Assembly: GCF_009914755.1 (NCBI RefSeq)
Contig: NC_060925.1
Direction: 5' to 3' (one strand)
Length of the DNA: 64,000 bases
Source: the human T2T-CHM13v2.0 reference genome, Homo sapiens
A program made the position numbers and the translations under genes. Shown here in pieces: positions 14,086-29,719 of the stretch (within the stretch, counting starts at the first letter, position 1; the number at the start of each line of letters is the position of its first letter). The notes beneath the pieces were generated by a model that saw only the letters and a program-made list of their open reading frames with translations, did no database searches and was not told the DNA's origin.

Positions 14086-14221
14086 ATAAGTGTTGATGCT
14101 CCATGTTTGGGTCTCCTGGCAGCAGAGCTGTCTCTTTTGTGTTCCCATGAAGATCCCTCGATTGTAAAACAAGCATCATTGGGAATGTGTCACCTCCTCT
14201 ACATTGCACGGTGTCAGAACG
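14086..14221 (+). CDS. MROH9: MROH9 coding exon (ISVDAPCLGLLAAELSLLCSHEDPSIVKQASLGMCHLLYIARCQN+G), 136 nt, phase 0-1
   Basis: tttctccattag|ATA; donor ACG|gtaaga; overlaps ORF 14107..14355. Confidence 0.92.
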
Positions 14222-14866
14222 GTAAGAACAGTTCACCATCTTTTCTCAGGATTACTAAGAATATGTCCCTCGTTATTCAACTTATAGGTCCTGGGAAGGC
14301 TCTACGTCTGTTAATTTCTAAATCCTGCCCCAAGAGTCATGGCTATACTTTCTAAAATGTGTCTTTTAATCTTTTTAGCATTGTCAAGAAATTTTGGTAA
14401 TAGTGTGGTTGGTTCTTCAAGATTTATAAAGTACTGTGCTTAGATTACTTGAGGGTTAATGGTAGGGAGAGGAATGCTGGGTGGATCCAGGGAGGACAGA
14501 GAAGGAGAGAGTTTACCAATGGGACTTTAAAAATGCGGTATTTTTTTCTGTCTAATTGAGTATCTGATAGACTACTCAGAAGATTCTTGCTTCAATGGTG
14601 GAGAAAAATAAGACTAGGATTAAAATAAATGTTGCTGTGGCTTGTCTAACAAAGCATAAAAGCAAGACCTGAAAGTATTAAGCTATTTCCAAGTAATTTA
14701 ATTGCATTTTAGAACAAAGCTTAAGAATATTTGTATATTTGTAAGGGGTGGAGCCTCTGTCTATGGAGGCTATGCCTCTGTTTCTGTCCAGGATGTAATA
14801 ACAGAGAACACATTTACTCTATTTACACTCCTATAGTAAGCAACCTTAAAAATATACATAGTTTTT

Positions 14867-15163
14867 GGCAAGGCACAGTGGCTCACGCCTATAATCCCAG
14901 CACTTTGGGAGGCTGAGGTGGGCGGATCACAAGGTCAGGAGATCGAGACCATCCTGGCTAACACAGTGAAACCCCCTCTCTACTAAAAAATACAAAAAAA
15001 TAAGCCGGGTGTGGTGGCAGGCACCTGTAATCCCAGCTACTCAGGAGGCTGAGGTAGGAGAATGGCGTGAACCCAGGAGGCAGAGCTTACAGTGAGCCGA
15101 GATCATGCCACTGCACTCCAGCGTGGGTGACAGAGCAAGACTCCGCCTCAAAAAAAAAAAAAA

Positions 15164-15164
<1 letters not shown>
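14867..15164 (+). mobile_element. Alu (AluY-like), full length
   Basis: Alu dimer with poly-A tail and recognisable TSD (see findings). Confidence 0.95.

Positions 15165-15168
<4 letters not shown>

Positions 15169-15206
<38 letters not shown>
15169..15206 (+). repeat. (CA)19 microsatellite
   Basis: Direct reading. Confidence 0.97.
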
Positions 15207-15210
<4 letters not shown>

Positions 15211-15938
15211 TTTCAATTCATTGCACATTAAATAATAAAGGACAATGACTCTTGAAAGATGAGGAGGTGAGAACGAATGAGGTGGGGTTTGTAATTGCCT
15301 GAGCTTACCACCTAGAGTACATTTCTAAGAGCCAACACAAAAAGAGATAAGCCAGTGGTCTCATCAAGTTAAAAAGACAGAAATGGGAGTCCAGAGAGGT
15401 CAATAGCTAGGGTTGAAAGGCCAGGGTACCAGAACGGAGTACATGAGTGCATGCACACGCATACACACACACACACACGCACGCACAAACCCACAAACTC
15501 GAGATCTGCAGAGATCTAAAGAGAGCCCCCTTTAAGTATTTAGCTGAGTACTAATGAGAACATGCATGCAAGTAAACTGCCTGAGTTTGAAGGGTAGGAA
15601 ACAACAAAAATGATTAGAGAAAAAGATTCAGTGCTCAACAAAGGCTAGTGATAATGCCTGTGCCTGTAAGCCAGAATTTAAAACCTTATAATTCACAAGT
15701 ACCGAGGTAGAGTACTCAGACGGGTTTTGTCTCATTAGGAGAAAAAAAATCATCCTAAACTGTTTTAGTGCTACTTAAAAAGGCCTTAAAACAAGATCTA
15801 AAAGTATCACTATCTCCAAATATTTTAATTACCTACCAAAACAAAGCTGAAGAATACCCCTAGAAATAAAAAAAAAAGTTCCTGCACTCAACAAGTTAAA
15901 ATTAACAATGTCTGAAATCCAATTTAAAAAAAATTATT

Positions 15939-17773
<1,835 letters not shown>

Positions 17774-20700
17774 TCTTTTTTGAATAGATTTAGGGGGTAC
17801 AAATGCTGATTTGTTGCATGGATATATTCAGTAGTAAGCATCACCTAAATAGTGTACATTTTACCCATTAGGTCCTTTCTCATCCCTCACTCCCCTTTCA
17901 CCTTCCCACTTTTATGAGTCTCTAATGTCTATTAATCTGCTCTGTATGCCCATGTGTACACATTATGTAGTGAGAACCTGTGGTATTTGACTTTCTGTTT
18001 TGAGTTATTTCACTTAAGAAAATGACCTTTTTTGCCTCAATGATCTAATACTGCCAGTGGGATGTTGAAGACTCCCACTATTATTGTGTGGGATGCTGAA
18101 ATCTCTCACTATTATTGTGTGGGAGTCTAAGTTTCTTTGAAGAACTCTAAGAACTTGCTGTATGAATCTGGGTGCTCCTGTGTTGGGTGCATATTTATTT
18201 AGGATGGTTAAGTCTTCCCATTGAATTGAATCCTTCATCATTTATGTAAATGCCCTTTTTTGTCTTTTTTGATCTTTGTCGGCTTAAAGTCTATTTTGCC
18301 TGAGATTAGGTTTGCAACCCCAGCCTTTTTCTGTTTTCCATTTGCTTGGTAGGTTTTTCTCCATTTCTTTATTTTGAGCCTGTAAGTGTCATTACATGTG
18401 AGATGGGTCTCTTGAAGACAGCATACCATTGGGTCTTTGTTTTTTATTAAGCTTGCCACTCTGTGCCTTTTAATTGGAGCATTTAGCCCATTTACCTTCA
18501 AGGTTTGTGTTATTTATGGATTTGATCCTGTCATGATGTTAGCTGATTAATTACGCAGACTTGTTCGTGTGATTGCTTTACAGTATTACTGGTCTGTGTA
18601 CTTCAGTGTATTTTTGCTGTGACTGGTACTGGTCTTTCCTTTCCATATTTAGTGCCCTTTTCAGGAGCTCTTATCAGGCAGATCAGTGGTAATGAATTTC
18701 TTCAGCAGATTTGCTTGTCTAAAAAGGGTCTTATTTCTCCTTCACTTAGGAAGCTTAGTTGAGCCAGATATGAAATTCTTGGTTGGAATTTATTTTTTTT
18801 TAAGAATGTTGAAGCCAGGCATGGTGGCTCATACCTGTAATCCCAGGACTTTGGGAAGCTGAGGTGGGTAGATCAATTGAGGCCAGGAGTTTGAAACCAG
18901 CCTGGCCAACATGGTGAAACCTCGTCTCTAATAAAAATACAAAAATTAGCTGGGCATGGTGGTGTGTGCCTGTAATCCCAGCTACTCAGGAGGCTGAGGC
19001 ATATAAAAAAATGATAACATATTTTCTTTTTTTATTTTGACCTTGGAGAATCTGATGATTATGTGTCTTGGGGATGTAGAATTGTGCAGAGGTTGTCTGT
19101 ATTTCCTGAATTTGACTGTTGACCTGTCTAGCAAGGTTGGGGAAGTTTTCATGGATGATATCCTGAAATGTTTCCAAGTTGTTGGCTTTCTCTCCATGTA
19201 TTGCAGGGATGCCAATAACACATAGAATTGGCCTCTTTATATAATCTTGTATTTCTTGGAGGTTTTGTTCTTTCCTTTACATTCTGGTTTCTTTTTTTTC
19301 TTTTTTTTCTGACTGCCTTAATTCAGAGAGCCAGTCTTCAAGTTTCAAGATTTTTTTCCTCAGCTTCATCTATTCTGCTGTTAATACTTGCATTTGCATT
19401 GTGAAATTCTTGTAGTGTGTTTTTCAGCTCTATCAGGCCAGTTAGGTTTTTTTATACTGGCTATTTCATCAGTCAGCTCCTGTATCATTTTATTGTGAGT
19501 CTTAGTTTCCTTGGACTGGGTTTTGCTATTCTCCTGAATCTCAATGATCTTCATTCCTAGCCATATTCTGAATTATATTTCTGTCATTTCAGTCAATCCA
19601 ACCTGGTTAAGAACCCTTGTTGGAGAACTATTTCAGCCATCTGGAGGACACAAGACACTCTAGCTATTTGAGTTACTCATTCTTTCTCAGTTCGGCATGA
19701 GGGTATTCCTTTAACTGCAGTGGAGATTGAGTATAGTCAGTAGACTTCCTTTCTGGATGTCTTCACAGGACTGAGCCTTGTACAGGGTCTGTATTTGTAT
19801 CTGACTTCTCGTCTTTGGTTTCATGGTAGGGTATGTTAGTGAGATATTTTGTTGTTGAAGCTTTAGGGTGTGATCTGGTCTGGTCAATGGCACTTAGGCA
19901 CAGTGATCAGTTGGTAGACTCTTGCTCAGTTGTGGCTCCCCTATATTTCCTTACAGTAGCAGCTGTGCTTCTTCTCAGTGCCCCAAAAGCATGGGCTCCT
20001 TTCCCACTTAAGTGTTGGCTATAGATCATGGCTTGGCACTTCCAGGATGCCTACCACAACTCTGGGTTGATTTCAAGGTTTATGTTTCCTCCCCAACTCG
20101 GAGGCAGCAGAGAAAGGGACCTCAGCAGTGAGTGTGGCCAAGGATCTTTTACTTGTCTTCTGGAGGCTCCACACCAGAGAGATGCAGGTCAGCAATTGCT
20201 CAGTGCAATCAACCCAGGATTGAAGGTCTGTGCTGTGGGCCCAAGCTAGGAGTTCCCTGCCTGGTGATGAGCGGGGAACATGAGTAGAACCCACAGGAGA
20301 CAGACTGGCCCCCTTTCTCTGGGTTGACTGTAACTTGCTGGAGTTGCAGATTAGGTATTTACAGTCTTTGCTCCTTCTTTAGTCTGAGGGTAGCAGGGAT
20401 AGTACCATTGCAGAGGCAGTGGCAGAGGAGTTTTCATTTGCCCCCTTGAGCTCTACTTCCAAGAAACATGGAGCTGCTGTTACTGAGATTGTTCAGCCAG
20501 TAGGGTGGGACAGCTAAATTGCTGGTATGAGCTTGGGGTTATGCTTGTTGGAGAGCAGGGGTTCAAAGGCTCTCCAGGTGGAAAGATTGGTCTCCTCTCC
20601 CTACAGTGACTGTGGTGTGCTATAAGCTCAGGTGTAGCCCTCAGGCTCATTTCTTCCCCAAATTGAGGGCAGCAGGGATAGAACTCTGCTGTGGCAGTAG

Positions 20701-21365
20701 CAGAGGGGCTGTCAAACACCTCTGGGAGCCTCTCCCCAGGGAGACTCCAGCCACTTACCAGTGGATATGCTCAGCCATGGTTGTGGGTGACCATTCTGCA
20801 GTTGTAAGCCAGGGGCCCTGGCTGGTGAGGAGTGGGGGTTGGGTATTTCCAGGGAATAAGGGCTAGACTCCTTTTCCTTTTGTGGCTGGAGTGTGTTGGA
20901 GGTGCCAGCATAGTGACTAGGCCCTTTGTTCCTTCCCCTAGCCCAAGGGCTGCTAAGGGAGTACTACTGCAATTGCAGTCGCGGAGGTATTGTGGGTTGA
21001 CTCTGGGATTTTCTACTCAGAGAAATTCTGGGCTGCCTCTGATTGAAGGGGACAGGTGGGAGCAGGGTGGTTGTGCTGGAGTCCAAGGTCAAGAGGCCCT
21101 GTCTGGTGAGGAGAAGGACTGAGACCTGTGTGGAAAATAGCCCAGCCACTTTTTCATGTCAGGAATGCTCTGTGCTGGGAATCCAGACCAGCCTTTGGTC
21201 CCCACAGACTCTCAAGAACCTGGAGACAGTAAGGGTTATAAGACAGCAAAGAGGGCAACTCGCCCTCCCAGGGAGGTCTGTCCCAGGGAGTTGCAGAGAT
21301 GCTACTGGCTCAATAGCCCTGGTGAGGGATTGCTGGAGATCCAAGCCAGGAGAACCTGTTCAGTG
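17774..21365 (-). mobile_element. L1 (L1PB-like): 5' UTR, ORF1 and endonuclease region fused to a 3' end
   Basis: Minus-strand ORFs VNGLNAPIKRHRV...CCLQETHL, YAPNTGAPRFI and IIHENFPNLARQ; L1 3' end at 17774-18023. Confidence 0.85.
18813..19002 (+). mobile_element. 3'-truncated Alu (AluS-like) inside the antisense L1
   Basis: Left arm plus start of right arm, ending at ggaggctgaggca. Confidence 0.9.
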
Positions 21366-21374
21366 AAAGCTTAA

Positions 21375-21596
21375 ATGATTGTTAGCATTTTGTAGCAATA
21401 AAATGTCTTTAATTAAGATATGTATATTTTTATACATAATGCTATTGCATACTTAATAGAATACAGCATAGTGTAAACATACATTTTATAGGTGCTGGGA
21501 AACCAACAAAATTAACGTGGGTTACTTTATTGTGATAATCACTTTATTGCAGTGATCTGAATCCAAACCTGTAGTATCTTTTGAGGTTATGTCTGC
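21375..21596 (+). mobile_element. Tigger1 3' terminal fragment (TcMar DNA transposon)
   Basis: cataatgctattgcatacttaataga...ctttattgcagtgatctgaa...gaggttatgtctg resembles the Tigger1 right end. Confidence 0.8.
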
Positions 21597-21597
21597 A

Positions 21598-22130
21598 CTT
21601 AATGGTGAAATACTGAATGATTTCCCTGAAACATCAGAAACAAGGCAAGGATGTGCACTGTCATTAGTTCTATTCTATTCAACATTGTGCAGAATAGAAC
21701 TGAGAGTCCAGAAATAAATCCATATATATAGTCAGTTGATTTTTTATGAAGTTTCAAAGGCAATTTAAAGGAGTGAGCAAAAACTTTTCAATAAATTGCA
21801 TTTGGAAAAAATGGATATTTATAGGCAGAAAAACAACTTTGATCTATACTTCATATATATTCAAATATTAATCCAAAGTGAGTAACAGAACTATATGTAA
21901 AATCTAAAACTATAGAACTCAAAGAAATTTTGGGGGCCTTGGATTAGGCAAAGATTTCTTAGATACAATAGTCAAAGTATAAATGAAAATAAATGATAAA
22001 TTAGGTATTTCTGCTCTTTGAAAGATACTGTTAATAGTTAAGCCACAGACTGGGAGAAAATATTTGCAAACTACATATCTGATAAAAGACCCATATTCAA
22101 AGTTCATAAAGGACATCAAAACTCTGTAAG
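21598..22130 (+). mobile_element. Old L1M ORF2 fragments (host of the next insertion)
   Basis: Degenerate acaaggcaaggatg and gactgggagaaaatatttgcaa motifs. Confidence 0.8.
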
Positions 22131-24104
22131 AGGAAGAGAGGAAGTCATCTCTGTTTGCAGATTACATCATTTTATATTTAGAAAACCCCATCATCTCAGT
22201 CCACAAACTTCTTGAACTGATAAGCAACTTTAGCAAAATCTCAATACAAAATCAATGTGCAGAAATCACAAGCATTCCTTTACACCAACAATAGGCAAGC
22301 AAAGAGCCAAATCATGAATGGACTCCCATTTACAATCGCTACAAAGAGAATAAAATACCTAGGAATACAGCTAACAAAGGATGTGAAGGACCTCTTCAAG
22401 GAGAACTGCAAACCACTGCTCAAGGAAATAAGAGACGACACAAAAAAATAGAAAAACATTCTATCCTCATGGATAGAAAGAATCAATATTATGAAAATGG
22501 CCATACTGCCTAAAGTAATTTATAGATTCAATGCTATTCCTATCAAACTACCATTGACATTCTTCACACGATTAGAAAAAAACTATTTTAAATGTCATAT
22601 GGAATCAAAAAAGACCCCGTAGAGCCAAGACAGTCCTAAGCAAAAAGAACAAAGTTGAAGGCATCATGCTACCTGACTTCAAACTATACTACAAGGCTAC
22701 AGTAACCAAAACAATATGGTACTTGTACCAAACATATAGACCAATGGAACATTGGTGCTGGTACCAGACATATAGACCAATGCAACATAACAGAGACATC
22801 GGAAATAACACCACACATCTACAACTATCTGATCTTTGACAAACCTGACAAAAACAAGCAATGGGGAAAGAATTCTCTGTTTAATAAATGGTGCTGGAAA
22901 AACTGTCTAGCCATATGCAGAAAACTGAAACTGGACCCCTTCCTTACATCTTACACAAAAATTATCTCAAAATGGATTAAGACTTAAATGTAAAACCTAA
23001 AACCATAAAAACCCTAGAAGAAAACCTAGGCAATACCATTCAGGACATAAGCATGGGCAAAGACTTCATGAATAAAACACCAAAAGGAATTGCAAGAAAA
23101 GCCCAAATTGACAAATGAGATCTAATTCAACTAAAGAGCTTCTGCACGGCAAAAGAAACTATTATCAGAGTGAATAAGCAACCTACAGAATGGGAGAAAA
23201 TGTTTGCAATCTATCCATGTGACAAAGGTCTAATATGCAGAATTTACAGGGAACTTAAAAAAATTTACAAGAAAAAAACAAACAACCCCATCAAAAAGTG
23301 GGCAAAGGATACAAACAGACAGTTCTCAAAAGAAGACATTTACATGGCCAACAAACATGAAAAAACCTCAACATCACTGATCATCAGATAAATGCAGATT
23401 AAAACCACAATGAGATAACATCTCATGCCAGTCAGAATGGTGATTATTCAAAAATCAGGAAACAATAGATGGAGGATGTGGAGCAATAGGAATACTTTTA
23501 CACTGTTGGTGGGAATGTAAGTTAATTCAACCATTGTAGAAAACAGTATGGTGATTCCTCAAGGTTCTAGAGCCAGAATACCATTTAACCAGCAATCCCA
23601 TTGCTGGGTATATACCCAAAGGAATATAGATCATTCTACTATAAAGACATATGCATACATATGTTTATTGCAGCACTATTTACAATGACAAAGACATGGA
23701 ACCAACCCAAATGCCTATCCATGATAGACTGGATAAAGAAAATGTGGTACATATATACACTGGAATACTATGCAGGCACAAAAAGGAATGAGATCATGGC
23801 CTTTGCAGGGACATGGATGAAGCTGGAAGCCATTATCCTCAGCAAACTAACACAGGAACAGAAAACCAAACCACGTGTTCTCACTCTTAAGTGGGAGTTG
23901 AGCATTGAGAACACATGGACACAGAGAGGGGAACAACACACACCAGGGCTTGTTGGAGGTGGGGGGTGCGGGGAGGGAACTTAAAGGACGGGTCAATAGG
24001 TGCAGCAAACCACCACAGCACATGTGTACCTATGGAACAAACCTGCACGTTCTGCACATGTATCCCCTTCTGCTTTTTTTTTAGAAGAAATAAAAAAAAA
24101 AAAA
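22131..24104 (+). mobile_element. 5'-truncated L1PA (about 2 kb)
   Basis: ORF2 fragments ([25 protein letters not shown]), 3' UTR and poly-A; decayed TSD aaaactctgtaaga / aaaactctctatga. Confidence 0.93.
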
Positions 24105-24950
24105 CTCTCTATGAAAAAAGACAACCAAATAAAAAATAAAAATGGATTTAAATAGCCAAAGAAGCACAGATAGCAAAGGAGCAAATCAAATAATGTTCTA
24201 TATGTACTTATTAAAGAAATGTAAATTAAACCTATAATGAGATACCACTACACACTCATTAGAATGTCTAAAATTAAAAAGACTGATTCTGCTATGTGTT
24301 GTTAAGGATGTCACTGGAGCTCACATACATTGCGGGTGAAACTGTAAAATGGTATAACAACTTTGGAAAGTAATTTGGCACTATCCTAAAAAGTTAAACA
24401 TATAGCTATCATATGATTCAGTCATAACACAATTTTATATTTACCTGAGAGAAATGAAAGCAATTGTTCGTACAAACACTTACTGGTACATGAATGTTCA
24501 TAACACCATTATTTGTAATAGCCTCAAACCGGAAACAACCTAAATGTCCATTAACAAGCAAATAGATAAAGAGATTTGGGTATGTACATATAATAGAATA
24601 CTATTATTCACAGTAAAAAAGAACAAACTATTAATATGTACGAAAACATGGATGAATCTCAGTAGTTTTGCTGAGTGAAAGAAGCCAATCCCCCCAAAAA
24701 AGAGTACATATGGTATGATCCACTTATATAAAATTAGAAAGTACCAACTTGACAGAGAGCAGATGACAAGAAGTGGATAAGTGGTTGCCTTGGAGTCAGA
24801 GGATGGATACAGGGATTAGGTGTGAGGGGTTACAAAAGGGCATGAGGAAACTTTTGGAGACAATAGATATGTTCATTTTTTTTCCTGTGGTAATGTTTTA
24901 CTGAGTGTATAGATACACAAAAACTTGCCAAGTTGTTCACCTTAGATATG
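24105..24950 (+). mobile_element. Old L1M 3' end (continuation of the host element)
   Basis: ataatgagataccactacac, ggaaacaacctaaatgtcca and gctgagtgaaagaagcca motifs. Confidence 0.8.
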
Positions 24951-24957
24951 TTATATG

Positions 24958-25270
24958 GGCTGGGCATGGTGGCTCACACCTGTAACCCCAGCAATTTGGG
25001 AGGCCTGGGCGGGCAGATTACTTGAGCCCAGGAGTTGGAGACCAGCCTGGGCAACATAGTGCGACCCTATCTCTACAAAATATGTATATTTTTAATTAGC
25101 TGGGCACTGTGGCATGTACCTGCAATCCCAGCTACTGGGGAGGCTGAGGTGAGAAGATCAGTTGAGCCCAGGAAGTCAAGGCTGCAGTGAACCCTGTTTG
25201 TACCACTGGACTTCAGTTTGGGTGACAGAGCAAGATCCGGGCTCAAAAAAGACAAAAAACAAAAACAAAA
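24958..25270 (+). mobile_element. Alu (AluJ-like)
   Basis: Diverged Alu dimer with ttgagcccaggag motifs. Confidence 0.92.
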
Positions 25271-25771
25271 TCAGTAAATAAATGTCAATTATATCTCTAT
25301 AGAGCTATTTAAAAACAAACAAAATCATTTAAAGCTCACCTTCTCCAGAACTGAAGTTATCTGCACCTGAAGCTTTTGCTGAGCACTTCTGGATTCCCTG
25401 GTCTACCACTCCTCAGCTCATTTCAGTTGCCTCCAAGTCTACTTTCCCTGCCAATAGACCCTCCAGCTTAGCATTAGCTTTTCCAGCACACTGAACCATG
25501 CATTTGATGGTCTATATATATTTGTTATCTTGTCAGGCTATTATTAAAAGTATTTGTCCATTCATATGTCACATGGACTCTCTTAAACACTTTATGAATT
25601 CTGTGTGAGTGCCATAAAATTTTATGAGACTAAACTATGAGCAGAGAGTTAAATATTCGGAAAACTTCAGATCTCCAGAACTGGGCAGGAAAAGAAAATT
25701 GGAAATAGTAATGTCATAGAACAAACAAGTGATCAAATAACAACCTGAAACTCTTTTTCTTAACAAAGCAG

Positions 25772-25884
25772 ATATTGGAACAAATAAGCCTACAAACGGT
25801 AAAAGTCATAGCCTCCAGTTTCCTTCTTCTGATGTAGAATTTCTACCCAAGGAGTTTCAACAAGACGAAAGTAAAATAGCTCAG
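25772..25884 (+). CDS. MROH9: MROH9 coding exon (IGTNKPTNGKSHSLQFPSSDVEFLPKEFQQDESKIAQ), 113 nt, phase 1-0
   Basis: ctttttcttaacaaagcag|AT; donor CAG|gtaact; bridges the phase 1 and phase 0 neighbours. Confidence 0.88.
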
Positions 25885-28800
25885 GTAACTTAGCCCCCAC
25901 TTTTTCCGAGGGCTTTTGTTTATGTGTATGATTACTCTTAGTAACAATTTATTTCAACAAAGTTTATGTCGTTAGTATTTTTTCGTTTTTTTTTAAACTC
26001 AGTGTGATAAAATGTAAATGATTATAGACCATTTAGTTTTCTGATTTTCATCTCTATTAATAGTAGTTATGCCTATTATTCCCAAATATAGTAATTTGTA
26101 TTACTTTACTTAATCCTTATAGAAAGCAAATGAGGTATTTCCTAGTTACACTTCTTTTTGTTTGGCCAACAAATAGTTCACTAAAAATGGAGAACTTCTG
26201 CTTATTTAGAAAAATTAACAGTCGTCAGTTAACAGACTTTCCAATACTATCATAATTTAATCTGCAAACATCATAATGACACTGTGATTTTGATTTTGTT
26301 TAAAAGCGCTATTAAATGAAAAATAAAAATTTAAAAAGCCTACATGATAAACCTCAGTACCAAGTAAGTAGTTTTTACACTGTCTCGACCCTTGGGAGAA
26401 CTGTGAGGCTCTATAGCCATATATTCTCCCTCACCTTCTTCAGACTACATAGGTTTAGCCATAGGCTCCAGAAGTTGCACAGCATTGGGGCCCAGGTTGG
26501 GATTTCCAGCACCTTCCAGCCACACACGTTGAGCTAGTAGTTCAGCAAAACTTCTGAGGAAACCCGTTAGGCTAGCTCATCTCTTGGGGTGGGAGGATCT
26601 AGGGGTTCCTCTTAAAACTACATGTATAAAGCAGTGTCTTCTTCCATGGCTGAGATGGGTTGAATTGTGGGAGGCTGAGGATATGCAGAAGCAATACATC
26701 TAACATGGTATGGTCAAAAATACTGCATAGCTGTCTTAAATATGTAGAAGCCCAATGGTACATCTTTCCAAAATCAAAAGTTATTCTTTCCCACCTCCTC
26801 TCAAAAATTTCAAGCCTGGATGACTATGTTCATTTACATGAAGAAACCAGGCATCTGTTTAAGTTTACTAGCAAATCTTCCCTCAAACTTCCATCCTCCA
26901 CTCCAGTATCCTGGAATTGAAATCCTGAGTACCATGACTGGGCTAGTGAACCTAGGACCAGCAGTCTGTTGGGGCCTCTCCTAAGCTGTTCATGAGACTT
27001 ATCATCACAGCCTCTAGGTTGGTGTCCTTGCTTATCTGAGTTTAATGTCCATCAGGTGTAAAAATCCTTGGGCTTGCGGGAGGTACCCTGGGTCCTTGTG
27101 TTCATGACCTGTTATTCATTTCCCAATTGTGAGACCAAAGCAAGCCCAGCACTACATGCGGGAACAGTAGCTGGAAAACCTGGAGTTGGGACTTCCAGTA
27201 GTAGATGGAACAGGTAAATTGAGAGAATACAAGATTGTAGAAACAAGACCAAGAGGCCTATAGCCAAAGACAAAGTTCAAAGCATGAAAATAGAGGCAGA
27301 AGCAGCAAGGTTGCTAACCATGGAAGCTGGAAGCAAAGCACCATTAAATGGGAGGGCTGGATTGAAAAACAAAACCGAAAACAATTCCCAGACTATGGCA
27401 CTCTCATTTTATATAGTGGTTGGTTGTAAGAGAGGACACTGTTTTGCAAAGGATCCACAGAGAGCCACAAAATTGTCATTAACTAAAAATATATGTTTAT
27501 ATATGTTCATACCAAATAAACTAATAGTGTCACTCATGGGAATTTATAGAAAGAAATAACTCAAAATGGCACCATTATTTGTGAGAAGAGCTTCTTCACA
27601 GATTTTTTAAAGTATATGCCAAACATAGAGGAATAAATGAAAATCTGTGGACTATTAAGTTAATAGTATATTATGCAAACATTCAAGCAAGCGGCATCAA
27701 GAACATGTAACAACACGGCGTAGCAGTAAGAAGCAGGAGGAGATAAAAATGACCTCTGAAGAACCCAGCTGATCCTGTGTGATTGGTGTATTTCTGGAGA
27801 GTTACGTGTAGATAATATTTTACAAAGCAAACCTACCATTTTATATAATCTACTGTCACATCTTCACCTGTACATGACAGAAACTTCTAACACTGGCTCT
27901 AAGTTTCACTGGGAATTGCTTCTTCTACAACTTTTTAGATAGATACTAAATTTCTTGTTGAGTAAGCAAATATTCAAGAAGAGAATATTCTGCCCTCCAA
28001 TATTTTTTAAAAATCCAGTGTCATATAATTAAATCTGGCTCTCTTAAAGTAGGGCAAACTATTTATGATATTCAGCCCCCCTCTCCAAGCCTTGGTTACC
28101 CCCCTCTAATTTTCTTCCATAGCTTTCCAAGATTCCCTTCCATCACCCCTCTGCCCAGTGGGAGAGGAGCTAGTGATCATCAATTCTCACTCAGACCTTA
28201 GTTCTGCCTTATGACCAAAAAGCAATACTCCATCCCTTTAAGGAGAGTGAAGAAAAACCTTTATTGGTGAGATTGGGTATCCTCTGTACTTGGGAGAATG
28301 ACTTTTTTTTTTCCATATAAAGGCAAAAGGAGAAAATTTGGCTCGTTTATCTTTCTTTGAGGAATCTATAATCAATGTGAGTTTGTTCAAATTTTACAAT
28401 CCATGGATAGTCCTCTAACTTTAAAAAGGGATTATTTGAATTGTAGTTCTTGCACCTTGATCATGGACATAAAGGCCTTTTATTTCTTTCTGCTTCCTGA
28501 TCCCTTTCTGTAAAAGAGGAAAGTCCATGCCTTTGATTCCCTTGACTTCCTCACTCTGTCCCCTCCTGCATCTTCTGCTTTCTTCATAGTTGTTTCTGAT
28601 TGGAGCAAACTCATTTCCAAAACTGAATAAATTCATGATAATATTTGAACAGCTGAATTGCTTTAAAATCAGAAGAAAAAAATTAAACATAATTTCACTT
28701 GGATTATAGTCATTTTTGTACCAACATTGTTGTAAAGTATAATTTTTAATATTTTTCATGGAAGAGAGAGACTCCAACAAGATGTATATGGCCCACGGAA

Positions 28801-28909
28801 GACTTGTGGCCCTGCTTGGCTCTTGAGCATCCCCCACCATGTCTGAGTTTAGCTGTCTTATGTTGGTGTGAGTAAGGCCTGAGGTCATGATTATCCTTTG
28901 TGGTTGCAG

Positions 28910-29059
28910 AGAGTAGGGCAAACCTTACTGCCTCCCTTGCTGACTGACTTTGTGCAGAGTCTCCTGATGAAACTCTCTTCACCTGATGATAAAATCGCAT
29001 CTGATGCAGCATCCATACTGATATTTACTCTGGAATTTCATGCCGAGAAGGTCACCATG
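28910..29059 (+). CDS. MROH9: MROH9 coding exon (RVGQTLLPPLLTDFVQSLLMKL...HAEKVTM), 150 nt, phase 0-0
   Basis: tttgtggttgcag|AGA; donor ATG|gtaaga; within ORF 28898..29176. Confidence 0.92.
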
Positions 29060-29194
29060 GTAAGATACTTGACAATAAGCAGGAGAGCACAGGGTTTACT
29101 CTCTAATGTGCATTTTTGCCTGTGTTGTATGTCCACTTCTTTTTATATGTATTTCTTGTCATTGTTCATTATATGACTTCAATATAATGAGGCT

Positions 29195-29548
<354 letters not shown>

Positions 29549-29719
29549 TAGAGAGTAAGTAATGAATGCTTATCCACCAATCATATTAAATCATAATATT
29601 TTGCCATATTTGCTTTAGAATTTTTAAAGAAATACATTAACAGCAATAAAATAGTATAGCTGTAATTGAAATCCCCTGTGTATCCCTTAAGGAATGATTT
29701 CAAAGACTCTCAGCTTGCG

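Noticed and set aside
26360-27400. Possible degenerate LTR/ERV sequence (also 30560-30790)
   Set aside because: I cannot assign a family or boundaries without a Dfam search.
28421-29012. 166-aa and 88-aa minus-strand ORFs
   Set aside because: They overlap the antisense of an MROH9 exon, have no recognisable domain and are consistent with chance.
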